Origin: Gemmatimonadales bacterium
Lineage (GTDB): Bacteria > Gemmatimonadota > Gemmatimonadetes > Gemmatimonadales > GWC2-71-9
Assembly: GCA_035279705.1 (NCBI GenBank)
Contig: DATEHG010000095.1
Coordinates: 1 to 63,080 of the forward strand
Reading direction: 5' to 3'
Length of the DNA: 63,080 nucleotides
A program made the position numbers and the translations under genes. The stretch's first letter is position 1. Each line of letters begins with the position of its first letter. Shown piece after piece: positions 26,225 through 35,640 of this stretch. The notes under the pieces were generated by a model. It saw only the letters and a list, made by a program, of their open reading frames with translations, ran no database searches and was not told the DNA's origin.

Positions 26225-27558
26225 GCAGTTGCTTTTCCCGCCCTCTTCACCAGCCAGTACACCGGCCAGCTCACCGCCAGCAGGACCAGCGACAACAGCG
26301 TGTTGTTCCGGTCGCCGACGTAGACCCCCACCATGAACAGGATCGCGATCACGGTGAGCAGCACCGGGACCACCGGATAGCCCCACGCCCGGTACGGCCT
26401 CGGCGCATCCGGTTCGCGGCGCCGCAGGACAATGATCGAGACGAACGCCATGGCATACTGGAAGACGTAATACAGCGCCGCGATCGCGATGGCGCGCCCG
26501 AACGTACCCGTGGCGATCAGGGCCACGGTGGCGGCCCAGACGAACAGCAAGGCCAGACTCGGCGTTCCCCCCGCGTTCAGGTCGCCGAGGCGGGCGGGGG
26601 CCAGGCCGTCGCGGGCCATCGAACAGGGAATGCGCTGGACCATGAGGAGGATGGCGTTGGCCGCGCTGACCAGTGAAATCAGGATGACCAGGCGTACTAC
26701 CCGGTCGCCGATCGGACCGAAGACCGCCTGGGCCGCCGTGCCCGCCACCAGGTTCTGCCCCGCCATCCCGCTCAGTCCGAGCACGTGGGAAAAGCCCGCA
26801 ATCAGAAACAGGTAGATCGCGACGACGAGCAGGACGCCGCCGGCCATCCCGCGCGGCACACTGCGGCCGGGATCCTTGACCTCGTCGCCGAAGTAGAGCA
26901 TCCCGTTCCAGCCGTCGTAGGTATAGATCACCGACTGCAGCGCCAGGATGAGGGAGGAGAAGGACAGCGCGGCCGGCAGCGCAACGGCGGGGGGGGCGAC
27001 TTCCCTGACCGGGAGGAGGAGGCAGACCAGCGCCAGCCCGGTCAGGACCACCATCTTGGCGAGGCTGGTCAGCTGCTGCACGGCGTCACCGATCCGGATG
27101 CCGCGCCACTGAACGAGCGCCAGGACCGTCGTGATGACGATCGCGATCTGCGAACCCCTGCCCTGCAGTGCCGGCACCAGCCCTTCGGCGTACTCACCGA
27201 ACGCGATCGTGATCGCGGCCACGGCGGCACAGGTCGAGATCGTGTCTGTCCAGCCGATCGCGAAGCCGGGATATCGCCCCATCGCCCGCAGCACGACCAC
27301 GTACATCCCGCCCGACCGGGGCAGCATGGTGGCCGCCTCGGCCAGCGTCATGGCGCCGAAGAGCGCGTAGATCCCGCCGGCGATCCAGACCCCGATGAAC
27401 CAGGGCAGCGACGGCAGCAGCGCCGCCACATCGCCCGGGGTGCGCATGATGCCGACGCCGATGGTGTTGCCCACGATGATCGCCAGGCCGAAGGCCACGC
27501 CGAGGATCTGGAGGAAGCGGCCTTTCGAGACGGGCTTGGATGTCGGTGAATTGGTCAC
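26221..27558 (-). CDS. APC-family amino acid permease
   Basis: IVGNTIGVGI, GGMYV, YTYDGWN, E.KDPGRSVP and RRREPDAPRPYRAWGYP motifs. About 12 TM segments. Confidence 0.9.
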   Translation of the reverse strand: MTNSPTSKPVSKGRFLQILGVAFGLAIIVGNTIGVGIMRTPGDVAALLPSLPWFIGVWIAGGIYALFGAMTLAEAATMLPRSGGMYVVVLRAMGRYPGFAIGWTDTISTCAAVAAITIAFGEYAEGLVPALQGRGSQIAIVITTVLALVQWRGIRIGDAVQQLTSLAKMVVLTGLALVCLLLPVREVAPPAVALPAALSFSSLILALQSVIYTYDGWNGMLYFGDEVKDPGRSVPRGMAGGVLLVVAIYLFLIAGFSHVLGLSGMAGQNLVAGTAAQAVFGPIGDRVVRLVILISLVSAANAILLMVQRIPCSMARDGLAPARLGDLNAGGTPSLALLFVWAATVALIATGTFGRAIAIAALYYVFQYAMAFVSIIVLRRREPDAPRPYRAWGYPVVPVLLTVIAILFMVGVYVGDRNNTLLSLVLLAVSWPVYWLVKRAGKATA

Positions 27559-27566
27559 GCGGGAGG

Positions 27567-27597
27567 AGCCGTAAGCTCCAAGCCATAAGCCATAAGC
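27567..27597. repeat. Heptamer array (AGCCATA/AGCCGTA)n
   Basis: AGCCGTA AGCTCCA AGCCATA AGCCATA AGC; reverse complement of the GGCTTAY family. Confidence 0.7.
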
Positions 27598-27642
27598 ATG
27601 AGGTCCCGGATTGAGAGTCGGGGGTGAACCGCAAGGGGATTC

Positions 27643-27700
27643 GCACTTCAGTACTTCAGCACTTTAGTACTGGAGTACTGGAGTACTAGAGTGCTCGAGT
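27643..27700. repeat. Self-complementary octamer array centred on AGTACT
   Basis: GCACTTCA GTACTTCA GCACTTTA GTACTGGA GTACTGGA GTACTAGA GTGCTCGA; the right half approximates the reverse complement of the left. Confidence 0.75.
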
Positions 27701-27724
27701 TACACGGGAGTAGGCTTCCGCCGT

Positions 27725-28696
27725 TTACTGCTCCGCCTTCGCCTTCCGAATCTCCTCCGTGAGTTTCGGTACGACTTCGAACAGGTCGCCTACGATCCCG
27801 TAGTCGGCGACCTTGAAGATCGGGGCGTCTTTGTCCCGGTTGATGGCGACGATCACCTTGGCGGTGCGCATCCCCGCCAGGTGCTGAATGGCGCCCGAGA
27901 TTCCGACCGCGACGTAGAGGCCGGGACTTACCGTCTTCCCGGTCTGGCCCACCTGGGCGCCATGGTCCCTCCAGCCGGCATCGACCACGGCTCGGCTCGC
28001 GCCGACTGCGGCATTCCCGAACGCACCGGCCAACGCCTCGAGCAGCGCGAAGTGCTGTGGCTCCTTGAGCCCGCGCCCGCCGGACACGACGACCGGCGCT
28101 TCCGTCACGTCCAGCGCGGCGCTGGCCGGCGCCTTGATGGCCGTGACGGTAACCCGGGCGGTGAATGCGGGTACCGCGAACGCCTCCGAAGCCCCTGCCT
28201 TGCCCGCACTGACCGGCGGGAAGGTGTTGGGCCGGATCGAGACCAGCGCCGGCGTCCCGCCGAGCTGCACCCGCTGCAGCGCCTTGCCGGCATAGACGGG
28301 ACGGGTGGCGACCACCTTGCCGCCCTCGAGCGCCAGCGCCGTCACATCGGTGGCGCAGGATACGCCCAGGCTGGCGGCCACCCGCGGAGCGAGATCGCGA
28401 CCGGTTGCGGTCGCCGCGATGACGACAGCGGCGTGACCCGCCGCAGCGGCGGCGACCGTCGCCGCCTGCCCGTCAGGCGAATAGAGCTTGAAGTCCGCAT
28501 GGGTAGCGAGCAGCACGCGATCCGCACCCGCCACGCCCAGGCTGTCCACACCCGCGACCGCCCCATCGGAGCAGAGGAGCGCATCCACGGTGCCGCCCAG
28601 CCCGTCGGCCAGCTGGCGCGCGGCGGCGAGCACCTCCAGCGAGACTTTGCGGAGGGCGCCGGAGCGGGATTCGAGTACGGCAAGGACTGCGGTCAT
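27725..28696 (-). CDS. etfA: Electron transfer flavoprotein subunit alpha
   Basis: VVVSGGRGL, VGASRAVVDAGW, QVGQTGKTV and GISGAIQHLAGM motifs. Confidence 0.95.
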   Translation of the reverse strand: MTAVLAVLESRSGALRKVSLEVLAAARQLADGLGGTVDALLCSDGAVAGVDSLGVAGADRVLLATHADFKLYSPDGQAATVAAAAAGHAAVVIAATATGRDLAPRVAASLGVSCATDVTALALEGGKVVATRPVYAGKALQRVQLGGTPALVSIRPNTFPPVSAGKAGASEAFAVPAFTARVTVTAIKAPASAALDVTEAPVVVSGGRGLKEPQHFALLEALAGAFGNAAVGASRAVVDAGWRDHGAQVGQTGKTVSPGLYVAVGISGAIQHLAGMRTAKVIVAINRDKDAPIFKVADYGIVGDLFEVVPKLTEEIRKAKAEQ

Positions 28697-28711
28697 TGAA
28701 TGTCGCCTTTG

Positions 28712-28790
28712 GCCGTAAGCCATAAGCCGTAAGCCATAAGCTTGTGCCGTAGCAGCTTTGCTTACGGCTCAAGGCTTATGGCTTAAGGCT
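28712..28790. repeat. Inverted pair of GGCTTAY heptamer arrays
   Basis: GCCGTAA GCCATAA GCCGTAA GCCATAA, an 18-bp spacer, then GCTTACG GCTCAAG GCTTATG GCTTAAG, between etfB and etfA. Confidence 0.8.
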
Positions 28791-29538
28791 AGATCACTTT
28801 CGCTTCGAACCGGAGCAGCTTGACCAGTTCGGGAACCGCATCTGCTCCCTCACCCACGATGCGACCAGCCTTGCGCTCCGGCGGCAAGGTGAGTCCGAGC
28901 ACCGTGGTGGTGCCGGCGCCCAGGGTCACCGGCTTCGTCTCCAGCGGCTTCTTCTTGGCCGCCATGATCCCTTTGAGGGCCGGGAGCCGGGGGGTGTTGA
29001 GCCCCTTGTCGCAGGTGATGAGGGCGGGGAGCTGGCAGGTGGACACCTCGACGCCGCCCTCGATTTCCCGCTCCGCGGTCACGGCTCGGCCCTCGATCTT
29101 GAGCGCCACGGCCGAAGTGATGCAGGGCAGCTCGAGCAGCTCTGCCACCATCACGCCGACCTGGTGGTGGTAATCATCCACTGCGACCTTGCCGCACAGA
29201 ATCAGGTCGTAGTTTCCCGACTTGAGCTCGGCGGCAATGACACGGGCCGCCTCGAGGGGATCCGCGGCCCCGGACGCCTGCAGCAGGATGCCGCGGTCGG
29301 CGCCCATGGCGAGCGCGGTGCGGATGGTTTCCTGCGCCTGGTCCCCGCCCAGACTCACCACCACGACTTCGCCGGCGCCGGCGGCTTCCTTGAGCTTCAG
29401 CGCCTCTTCGACCGCGAACTCGTCATAGGGATTGGCAACGAACTTGACCCCGGCCTCGTTGATCGACTTGCCGTCGGCCGCGATGACGATGTTGGTGGTG
29501 GTGTCGGGAACCCGCTTGAGGCAGACCGCAATGCGCAC
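28789..29538 (-). CDS. etfB: Electron transfer flavoprotein subunit beta
   Basis: CLKRVPDT, NPYDEFAVEEAL, ALAMGADRG and REIEGG motifs. Confidence 0.95.
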   Translation of the reverse strand: MRIAVCLKRVPDTTTNIVIAADGKSINEAGVKFVANPYDEFAVEEALKLKEAAGAGEVVVVSLGGDQAQETIRTALAMGADRGILLQASGAADPLEAARVIAAELKSGNYDLILCGKVAVDDYHHQVGVMVAELLELPCITSAVALKIEGRAVTAEREIEGGVEVSTCQLPALITCDKGLNTPRLPALKGIMAAKKKPLETKPVTLGAGTTTVLGLTLPPERKAGRIVGEGADAVPELVKLLRFEAKVI

Positions 29539-29616
29539 GCTGAACCCTCACGAAACCGATGGGAATTGGTGCAGAACTGGCGCGAGAAGGTAGCGGGGGA
29601 GGCGGGTGATCGCCAG

Positions 29617-32600
29617 TCAAAGTTGCCGGGGCGGACCGTCGAGGAGCGCCCGCAGGCGACGGGCCAACTCCTGCAACCGGAAGGGCTTGGCCAGGAAAGT
29701 CACCCCCGGCTGGCGGATCAGCTCGGGCGGCACTTCCCGCTCGACGTAGCCCGAAACGAGCACAATCCGGCAGCGCTGGCCGTCGGCGCGCATCCGGGTG
29801 GCGAGCTCGAGGCCGCCCATTCGCGGCATGATCAGGTCCGTAATCATCGCGTCGATCGGCTCCTTCTGCTCGGCGATGACGCGGAGCGCTTCCTCGCCCT
29901 CGGCCGCCTCGAGGACCGTGTAGCCGATCCGCCGCAGGAACCGGCTGGCGAGCGACCGAAGCTGCGGCTCGTCCTCCACCAGCAGGATCGTCTCGCTGCC
30001 GCCGGCGGTCGGCACCGGGACGGGTGAGTCCGCCCCGCGGATCTCCTCGAGCGAGCGCGGCAGGATGACCCGGAAGATGGCCCCGGTGCCCCAGTCGCTC
30101 TCCACGATGATGTGGCCGCCACTCTGCTTCACGATGCCGTAGGTCGTGGCGAGTCCGAGCCCGGTGCCCTGCCCCACTTCCTTGGTCGTGAAGAACGGCT
30201 CGAAGATGTGAGGCAGCACGTCCGGCGCGACCCCCGTGCCGGCATCCCGCACCGTCAGCTCGACGTACTCTCCCGCAGGAATGCTCACGCCGCCGAGGAC
30301 GGTGTCCTCGTCGAGACGCAGGTCGCGCGTGGCGAGCCACAGCTTGCCCCCGTCCGGCATCGCATCCCGCGCGTTGGACACGAGGTTGATGACGACCTGC
30401 TCGATCTGCACCGGGTCCACCCGCACGTTCCACAACTCCTCGCCCGGCAGGACCACCAGCTCGATGCTGGCGCCCACGCTCTTGCGGAGCATGGTGTCGA
30501 GGCCGAACAGCACCTCGTTCAGATTGACCACCCGCGGGTTGAAGATCTGGCGCCGCCCGAACGCCAGGAGCTGCTGCGAAACTCCCGCCGCCCGTTCACC
30601 CGCGAGGCGGATCTGCCGGAGATCCTCCCGGAGGCCCGGGGCATCCGGCGCCGACTCCTCGGCCAGCTGCGCGTATCCCAGCACGGCCGTCATCAGGTTG
30701 TTGATGTCGTGGGCCACGCCACCCGCAAGCCGCCCCACGCTTTCGAGTTTCGACGCCTGGGCCAGCTGCTGTTCCAGCCGCTGCCGCTCCGCCAGCTCCG
30801 CCTCGAGCTGCATGGTGCGCTCCCGCACCCGGTGATCCAGCTCGTCCCTCGAGGCCTCGAGTTCGCGGGTGCGCGCCGCCACCAGTTGCTCGAGCTGGCG
30901 GGACTGCAGCACGAGCTGTCGGGTGCGCCAGCGATACCAGGCCGCGACCAGCCCCGCCGCCAGCGTGATCATGAGGACCAGGAACCAGCGCTGCTCGTAC
31001 AGCCTGGGGGCGAGCCGGACGGCGAGTTCGACCGGCGGCGACGGCCAGAGGCCGCCCCCGGGCCCGGCCTGGACCCGGAAGGTGTATTCCCCTCCCCGGA
31101 GGTTCGGGTAGACCGCTTCGCGCACCGGACCCGCCTCGACCCAGCCGGGGTCGACACCGACGAGCTGGTAGCGGAACCGCAGCACGCGGGATTTCCGCGA
31201 TGCCGGCGTGGTGTACCGGATGGTGAGCCGCCCGCCCCGCCAGCTCAGCCGGTCGGCCACGTCGCTGGTGACATCGTGATCATCGAGGAGCACCTGGTCG
31301 ATCACCGCGCGCGGCGGCGCCGAGTCCGCCCGGAACAGCTGCGGGTCAACCTCGACCAGCCCGACGGGCGAAGGGAACCAGAGGTGCCCGTCGGGGGTGC
31401 GGGCCCCGGACGCGCCGCCGGTGCTGTTGAACTCCGCCGAGAGCAGCCCGTCGTCCCGGTCGAACTCCTCCACGAAGGGATCGACCGGGCGTCCCTGCGC
31501 CACGGCCAGGAGATCGGCGGTGCGCACCCGCTGCAGGCCAAGGTTGGAGCTGATCCAGAGGAAGCCGAGGCCGTCCGGCATCACCCGGTGGGCCTCGCGC
31601 AGCAGGCTGGGCACCCGTCCCCGGAAGACGGTGAGATGCCCGCCGCGATACAGCGCGAGTCCCTCCCGGAAGGTGGTGAGCCAGAGGCGCTGGCCGTCCA
31701 CTTCCAGATCCTCGATGCCGGCAAGAACCTTGTCGGCATCCCGGATGAGCGCATGGAAGTGGCCGAGGGTGTCCCGGCGCGAGAGGGCGTTGGCGCCGGC
31801 CAGCCAGAGCTCGCCGTTGGGCGCCTCGCGCATCACATAGATGTCGTGGTCGGCGAGACCGTCCTGCTCCGCATAGCGATGGAAGCCGGTACCGTCGCGC
31901 TGAAAGAGACCCTGACTCGTGGCCACCCAGAGCACACCGTGGCGGTCTTCGAGCAGGGACCGGGCTTCAATCACCTCGGGACCGGGAAGGGTGCCCGCGT
32001 CCGTGTAGTGACCGTCTCGCCAGCGCCCGATGCCGCCGCCTCGCAGGCCGAGCCAGATGCTCCCGTCGCGCGACTGGGCCATGGCGGAGATCAGCCGGTC
32101 CGGCAGCGGCGGCCGGGCCTCGACCGGCGCCAGCCGGCCGTTCTTCAGCCGCAGCGCGCCCCCCGAATTCGTGGCCAGCCAGAGGCTGCTGTCCTCCATC
32201 GCCGACACTTGCCAGATGAAATCCCGGGCCAGGTCCCGGCCGCTGCGGTGAGTGGTGAATCGTGATGGCCAGACATGGGTCAGGCCGGTATTCGAACCGA
32301 CCCACATCGAGCCGTCGGACGCCGCGGCGAGAACCCGGACCGACCCGCCGGCGACCGTGTCCACGGGCACCGGCACGAACTTGCCTTCGCCCCGCCTGAA
32401 GACCCCGCCGCCGTCGAGTGCGACCCAGATCGCGCCGTCGGCTGCGGTAGCCACCGCCCGCAGGGAACCCGCGGGGACCCCCTGGTCCGCACCGATAGCC
32501 TGGTAGGCCCGGCCGCGCTCGATGCTCCGGCGGACGAGGAGGTGGTTGATATCGGTAATCCAGATGGCCCCGGTACTGTCGAGGGCGATGGACCTCTCGT

Positions 32601-33213
32601 ACTCACGCCGGCTGAATACGGTGTCGGGGCTGTCCTCGCTGCCGATGCGGAACAGCTGGCGGGTCAGGCCCCAGACCACTCCGTCCCGGGACTGGACCAG
32701 CCCCTGCGGCGTGCTGTGATCGACGTGCACCGGCACCAGCGTGTCGGGGGAGAAGGTTGCGGTCAGCGCGTTGGTGGTGACTGTCAGGCCGCCATTGGCC
32801 AGCGCCAGCAGGGCGACGATGCGGGAGTTGCGCTCGGAGGGTGGAAGGTCGGCGGGCAGGAACCGGCCGTTGCGGTAGCGGACGAGCCCGGTAACGGTGC
32901 CGACCCAGAGTGTGCTGTCCCTCCCCAGGGCCAGGCAGAGGATCTCATCCGAGGGCAGAGTCGGGTAGTTGTCGTGAGTGAAGACGCGAAAGCCCGCTCC
33001 GTCGAAGCGGGCCAGCCCCCGGCGCGTGCCGATCCAGACAAAGCCGTCGTTGCCGGTGACGATCGACGTGACTCGGCTGTCGGGAAGGCCGTCCAGGCTC
33101 GTCCAGGCCCGGGACAGGAAATGCGGACGGGCCCCTCCCCCACCGGAGGCCTGCGCGGCGAGCGGAGCGACCCAGAGGAGGCTGATGACCAGCGAGGACG
33201 CACGAATCGGCAT
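29617..33213 (-). CDS. Hybrid sensor histidine kinase/response regulator with periplasmic beta-propeller (Reg_prop) and Y_Y_Y domains
   Basis: Signal peptide, repeated DGLP...G.VWIGT propeller blades, FRYQLVG/YTFRV Y_Y_Y domain, one TM, GVAHDINN H-box, PFFTTK and GTGLGL, then a receiver domain (LLVEDE, ITDLIMP, KPF). Confidence 0.92.
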   Translation of the reverse strand: MPIRASSLVISLLWVAPLAAQASGGGGARPHFLSRAWTSLDGLPDSRVTSIVTGNDGFVWIGTRRGLARFDGAGFRVFTHDNYPTLPSDEILCLALGRDSTLWVGTVTGLVRYRNGRFLPADLPPSERNSRIVALLALANGGLTVTTNALTATFSPDTLVPVHVDHSTPQGLVQSRDGVVWGLTRQLFRIGSEDSPDTVFSRREYERSIALDSTGAIWITDINHLLVRRSIERGRAYQAIGADQGVPAGSLRAVATAADGAIWVALDGGGVFRRGEGKFVPVPVDTVAGGSVRVLAAASDGSMWVGSNTGLTHVWPSRFTTHRSGRDLARDFIWQVSAMEDSSLWLATNSGGALRLKNGRLAPVEARPPLPDRLISAMAQSRDGSIWLGLRGGGIGRWRDGHYTDAGTLPGPEVIEARSLLEDRHGVLWVATSQGLFQRDGTGFHRYAEQDGLADHDIYVMREAPNGELWLAGANALSRRDTLGHFHALIRDADKVLAGIEDLEVDGQRLWLTTFREGLALYRGGHLTVFRGRVPSLLREAHRVMPDGLGFLWISSNLGLQRVRTADLLAVAQGRPVDPFVEEFDRDDGLLSAEFNSTGGASGARTPDGHLWFPSPVGLVEVDPQLFRADSAPPRAVIDQVLLDDHDVTSDVADRLSWRGGRLTIRYTTPASRKSRVLRFRYQLVGVDPGWVEAGPVREAVYPNLRGGEYTFRVQAGPGGGLWPSPPVELAVRLAPRLYEQRWFLVLMITLAAGLVAAWYRWRTRQLVLQSRQLEQLVAARTRELEASRDELDHRVRERTMQLEAELAERQRLEQQLAQASKLESVGRLAGGVAHDINNLMTAVLGYAQLAEESAPDAPGLREDLRQIRLAGERAAGVSQQLLAFGRRQIFNPRVVNLNEVLFGLDTMLRKSVGASIELVVLPGEELWNVRVDPVQIEQVVINLVSNARDAMPDGGKLWLATRDLRLDEDTVLGGVSIPAGEYVELTVRDAGTGVAPDVLPHIFEPFFTTKEVGQGTGLGLATTYGIVKQSGGHIIVESDWGTGAIFRVILPRSLEEIRGADSPVPVPTAGGSETILLVEDEPQLRSLASRFLRRIGYTVLEAAEGEEALRVIAEQKEPIDAMITDLIMPRMGGLELATRMRADGQRCRIVLVSGYVEREVPPELIRQPGVTFLAKPFRLQELARRLRALLDGPPRQL

Positions 33214-33303
33214 AGGGCCGAGGTCGAGGGGGCTGCCCCGGAAGCGAGCAGCGAATCTACGCCCCGGACGGACTCGGCAGCAATGCTTGGCGCGGTGCGG
33301 CGC

Positions 33304-35481
33304 CTAGTCGGTGTCCATCCCTCCCCCGCCGTTCCCGCCGCCGAAGCTGCGGCGCACGACCAGGCGGAAGGTGACTTTCTGTCCGGGAGTGAGGAACCGC
33401 TCCAGGGTATCCCCCGCCGGATTCCCCTGGTTGACGTTGTATGTGCCGAAGTTGGCGTACAGCGAGTTGAACAGGTTGTTGACCAGCCCGCTGATCTCCC
33501 ACGGTCCGAAATGCACGGTCGCACGGGCGTCGGCCACGAAGTAGGTGTCGAGCGGCTTGTCCTCGTTGGCCTCATCCCCGCGCAGGTACTGATGGCCGAT
33601 GAAGCGGCCGTCCGCCCCGAGAGTCAGGTGGTTCCCCACCTGGAAAGCCGCACCGAGCTTGACCTGCTGGTCCGGCACCAGCGGAATCCGGTCTCCCGGC
33701 CGGGCCACATTGCTGTCACTCCGAGGGCTCTGGATCGCGGCGATCGTCTGGAACGTGGCGCGGGTCCAGGCGTAGTTCAGGTACACCGAGTGTCCCCGGC
33801 CGAAGCCAAGGTTGAGTCCCAGCTCGGCGCCTTCGCGGCGAGTCTTGTCGATGTTGCCGAAATACCCGTCGATGGTGGAGCCCGACAGGGTGTCGGAGCC
33901 GGGAAAGAGGTAGATGTCGTCCCTCACATCGCTGCGGTAGAGCGAGGCGGTGAAGTCCACGGGCCCCAGCGGGACCTTGCCGCCGATTTCGTAGGTCGTC
34001 GCCACCACCGGCTTGATGGGCGGATCGTCTCCCAGTGAGAACGGCAGCAGACAGGGTTCCGCGGGGTCGGCGCACGCCAGTTCGATGACCGCGGGGGCCC
34101 GGAAGTTCTGCCCCACCGAGGCGTAGATCGACGCTCCGCCGCCCGCATCGACGCTGATCCCGCCCTTGGGGCTGACCCGCGAGAAGTGGCTGGTCGTGTC
34201 GTTGCTGTGGTCGAGCTGGTTTTCGAAGGGGATCTTGATGTAATCGTAGCGCGCGCCGGCCGAGAAGGTCACCCGGCCCACGGTGAGGTCGGCGGTGGCG
34301 AACCCGGCCGCATCCCACAGCGGCGCTTTCACGAACGTGGTCTGGGTCTGGCCGCCACCGAACTTGGTCGAATCGGCAAACAGCTGGACGCTGGTCTGAT
34401 TGATGGTGCCGTCGGCGCCGAAGCGCAGGCCCAGCACGGCGGTTCCCAGGGGCTTGCCACAGCGGTAGTCGAAACTCCAGCCGAAGGTGGAATTGCGGCT
34501 CTTGCCGAGGGCATCGGGATCGGCGGCCTGGTTGACGTTGAACCGGTCCCCGCTGTGGCGCCGGTAGTACAGCCGGGCCGATCCCCGGCCGTCACCCATC
34601 CGCTTGTAGCCGGCCAGCGAGGTCTGGATCAGGTCGAGATTTTCGTAGTCCCCCGGCGTCATGTTCGAATCAGGGTTGGCCTGGAATACCGACTCGGGCA
34701 GCGACCCCGCGGTGCGGGCATCGCCCACTGCGCCGAAGGCCTGGAGGCTCACGCCCCAGGTGTCGGTCAGGCGCCCAAGATTGAGGAGGCCGTTGTACTG
34801 GTGCGCCCCGGTTGCCTGCCGCCAGCCATCTTCACGGTTGTATCCGGCGCCCAGGTAGTAGTCGATGCCGCCGTGCGTCACACCACCGACGGAGCCGTTG
34901 CCGTTGAAGGCCGAGAAGGACCCGCCCTGCACCTCGAGTTCGCCGTGGGCCGGCCCCTCGCCCCGCTGGGTGACGAGGTTGACCGCGCCGCCCAGTGCGT
35001 TCCGCCCCGTCAGCGAGGCGGTGCCGGCCAGCAGCTCCACCCGCTTGATGTACTGCATCGGCAGCAGATCGAAGTTGACCTGCGCCGCGTCCGCCTCATT
35101 CTGGCGCACCCCATCGAGAAAGACCGAAACACCCTGCGGCAGCCCCACTACCGGCGAGGCGAAGAACCCGCGGGTCGAGAGATTCATCTTGTAGGGGGAG
35201 CCCAGGTCGTCATACAGCGAGAAGCTGGGCTGCTGCGAGAGCACCTCGGAGAGCACCCGGGGCTCGTACGCATCCACCTGCTTGCCGGTCAGGATGGTGA
35301 CGCGGGCGGGGATACTGGAGATGACGCCCGGATTGGCCGCCGGCTGGATGCTGCCGACCACCTCGATCGGCGCCAGGGTGACCACGGTGTCCTTCTTGAC
35401 CCTGGTGGTATCGGTCTGCTGGGCAACGAGCGGGGTCACGGTCAGCAGGCTGGCCGCCGAGAGCTGGTACAGCAGGCGCAT
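33304..35481 (-). CDS. TonB-dependent receptor
   Basis: Signal peptide, plug domain (TRGF...DGVRQN...RVELL...NALGGAVNLVT), beta-barrel with VNNLFN..Y near the C-terminus. Confidence 0.9.
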   Translation of the reverse strand: MRLLYQLSAASLLTVTPLVAQQTDTTRVKKDTVVTLAPIEVVGSIQPAANPGVISSIPARVTILTGKQVDAYEPRVLSEVLSQQPSFSLYDDLGSPYKMNLSTRGFFASPVVGLPQGVSVFLDGVRQNEADAAQVNFDLLPMQYIKRVELLAGTASLTGRNALGGAVNLVTQRGEGPAHGELEVQGGSFSAFNGNGSVGGVTHGGIDYYLGAGYNREDGWRQATGAHQYNGLLNLGRLTDTWGVSLQAFGAVGDARTAGSLPESVFQANPDSNMTPGDYENLDLIQTSLAGYKRMGDGRGSARLYYRRHSGDRFNVNQAADPDALGKSRNSTFGWSFDYRCGKPLGTAVLGLRFGADGTINQTSVQLFADSTKFGGGQTQTTFVKAPLWDAAGFATADLTVGRVTFSAGARYDYIKIPFENQLDHSNDTTSHFSRVSPKGGISVDAGGGASIYASVGQNFRAPAVIELACADPAEPCLLPFSLGDDPPIKPVVATTYEIGGKVPLGPVDFTASLYRSDVRDDIYLFPGSDTLSGSTIDGYFGNIDKTRREGAELGLNLGFGRGHSVYLNYAWTRATFQTIAAIQSPRSDSNVARPGDRIPLVPDQQVKLGAAFQVGNHLTLGADGRFIGHQYLRGDEANEDKPLDTYFVADARATVHFGPWEISGLVNNLFNSLYANFGTYNVNQGNPAGDTLERFLTPGQKVTFRLVVRRSFGGGNGGGGMDTD

Positions 35482-35610
35482 GGATTGTCCTGAACTCGGG
35501 GAAAAGAGACCCGCCCGGCGGTGCCATGGTACGAGGGCCGCGAGTACGGCCCTTTCCCGAATCGCCCGCAGCGGGTCCCCCGCGATCCTTCACTCCTACA
35601 ATCCCTCAGA

Positions 35611-35640
35611 CTCTCGTCTCTTGTCTCTCGTCTTTCGACT
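35611..35640. repeat. Heptamer array (CTCTCGT/CTCTTGT)n
   Basis: CTCTCGT CTCTTGT CTCTCGT CTTTCGA; nearly identical to 54491-54520. Confidence 0.7.

Noticed and set aside
28712-28790. Repeat-spacer-repeat layout suggestive of a mini-CRISPR or MITE
   Set aside because: Units are 7 bp and inverted rather than 23-47-bp direct repeats; there are no cas genes, target-site duplication or transposase.
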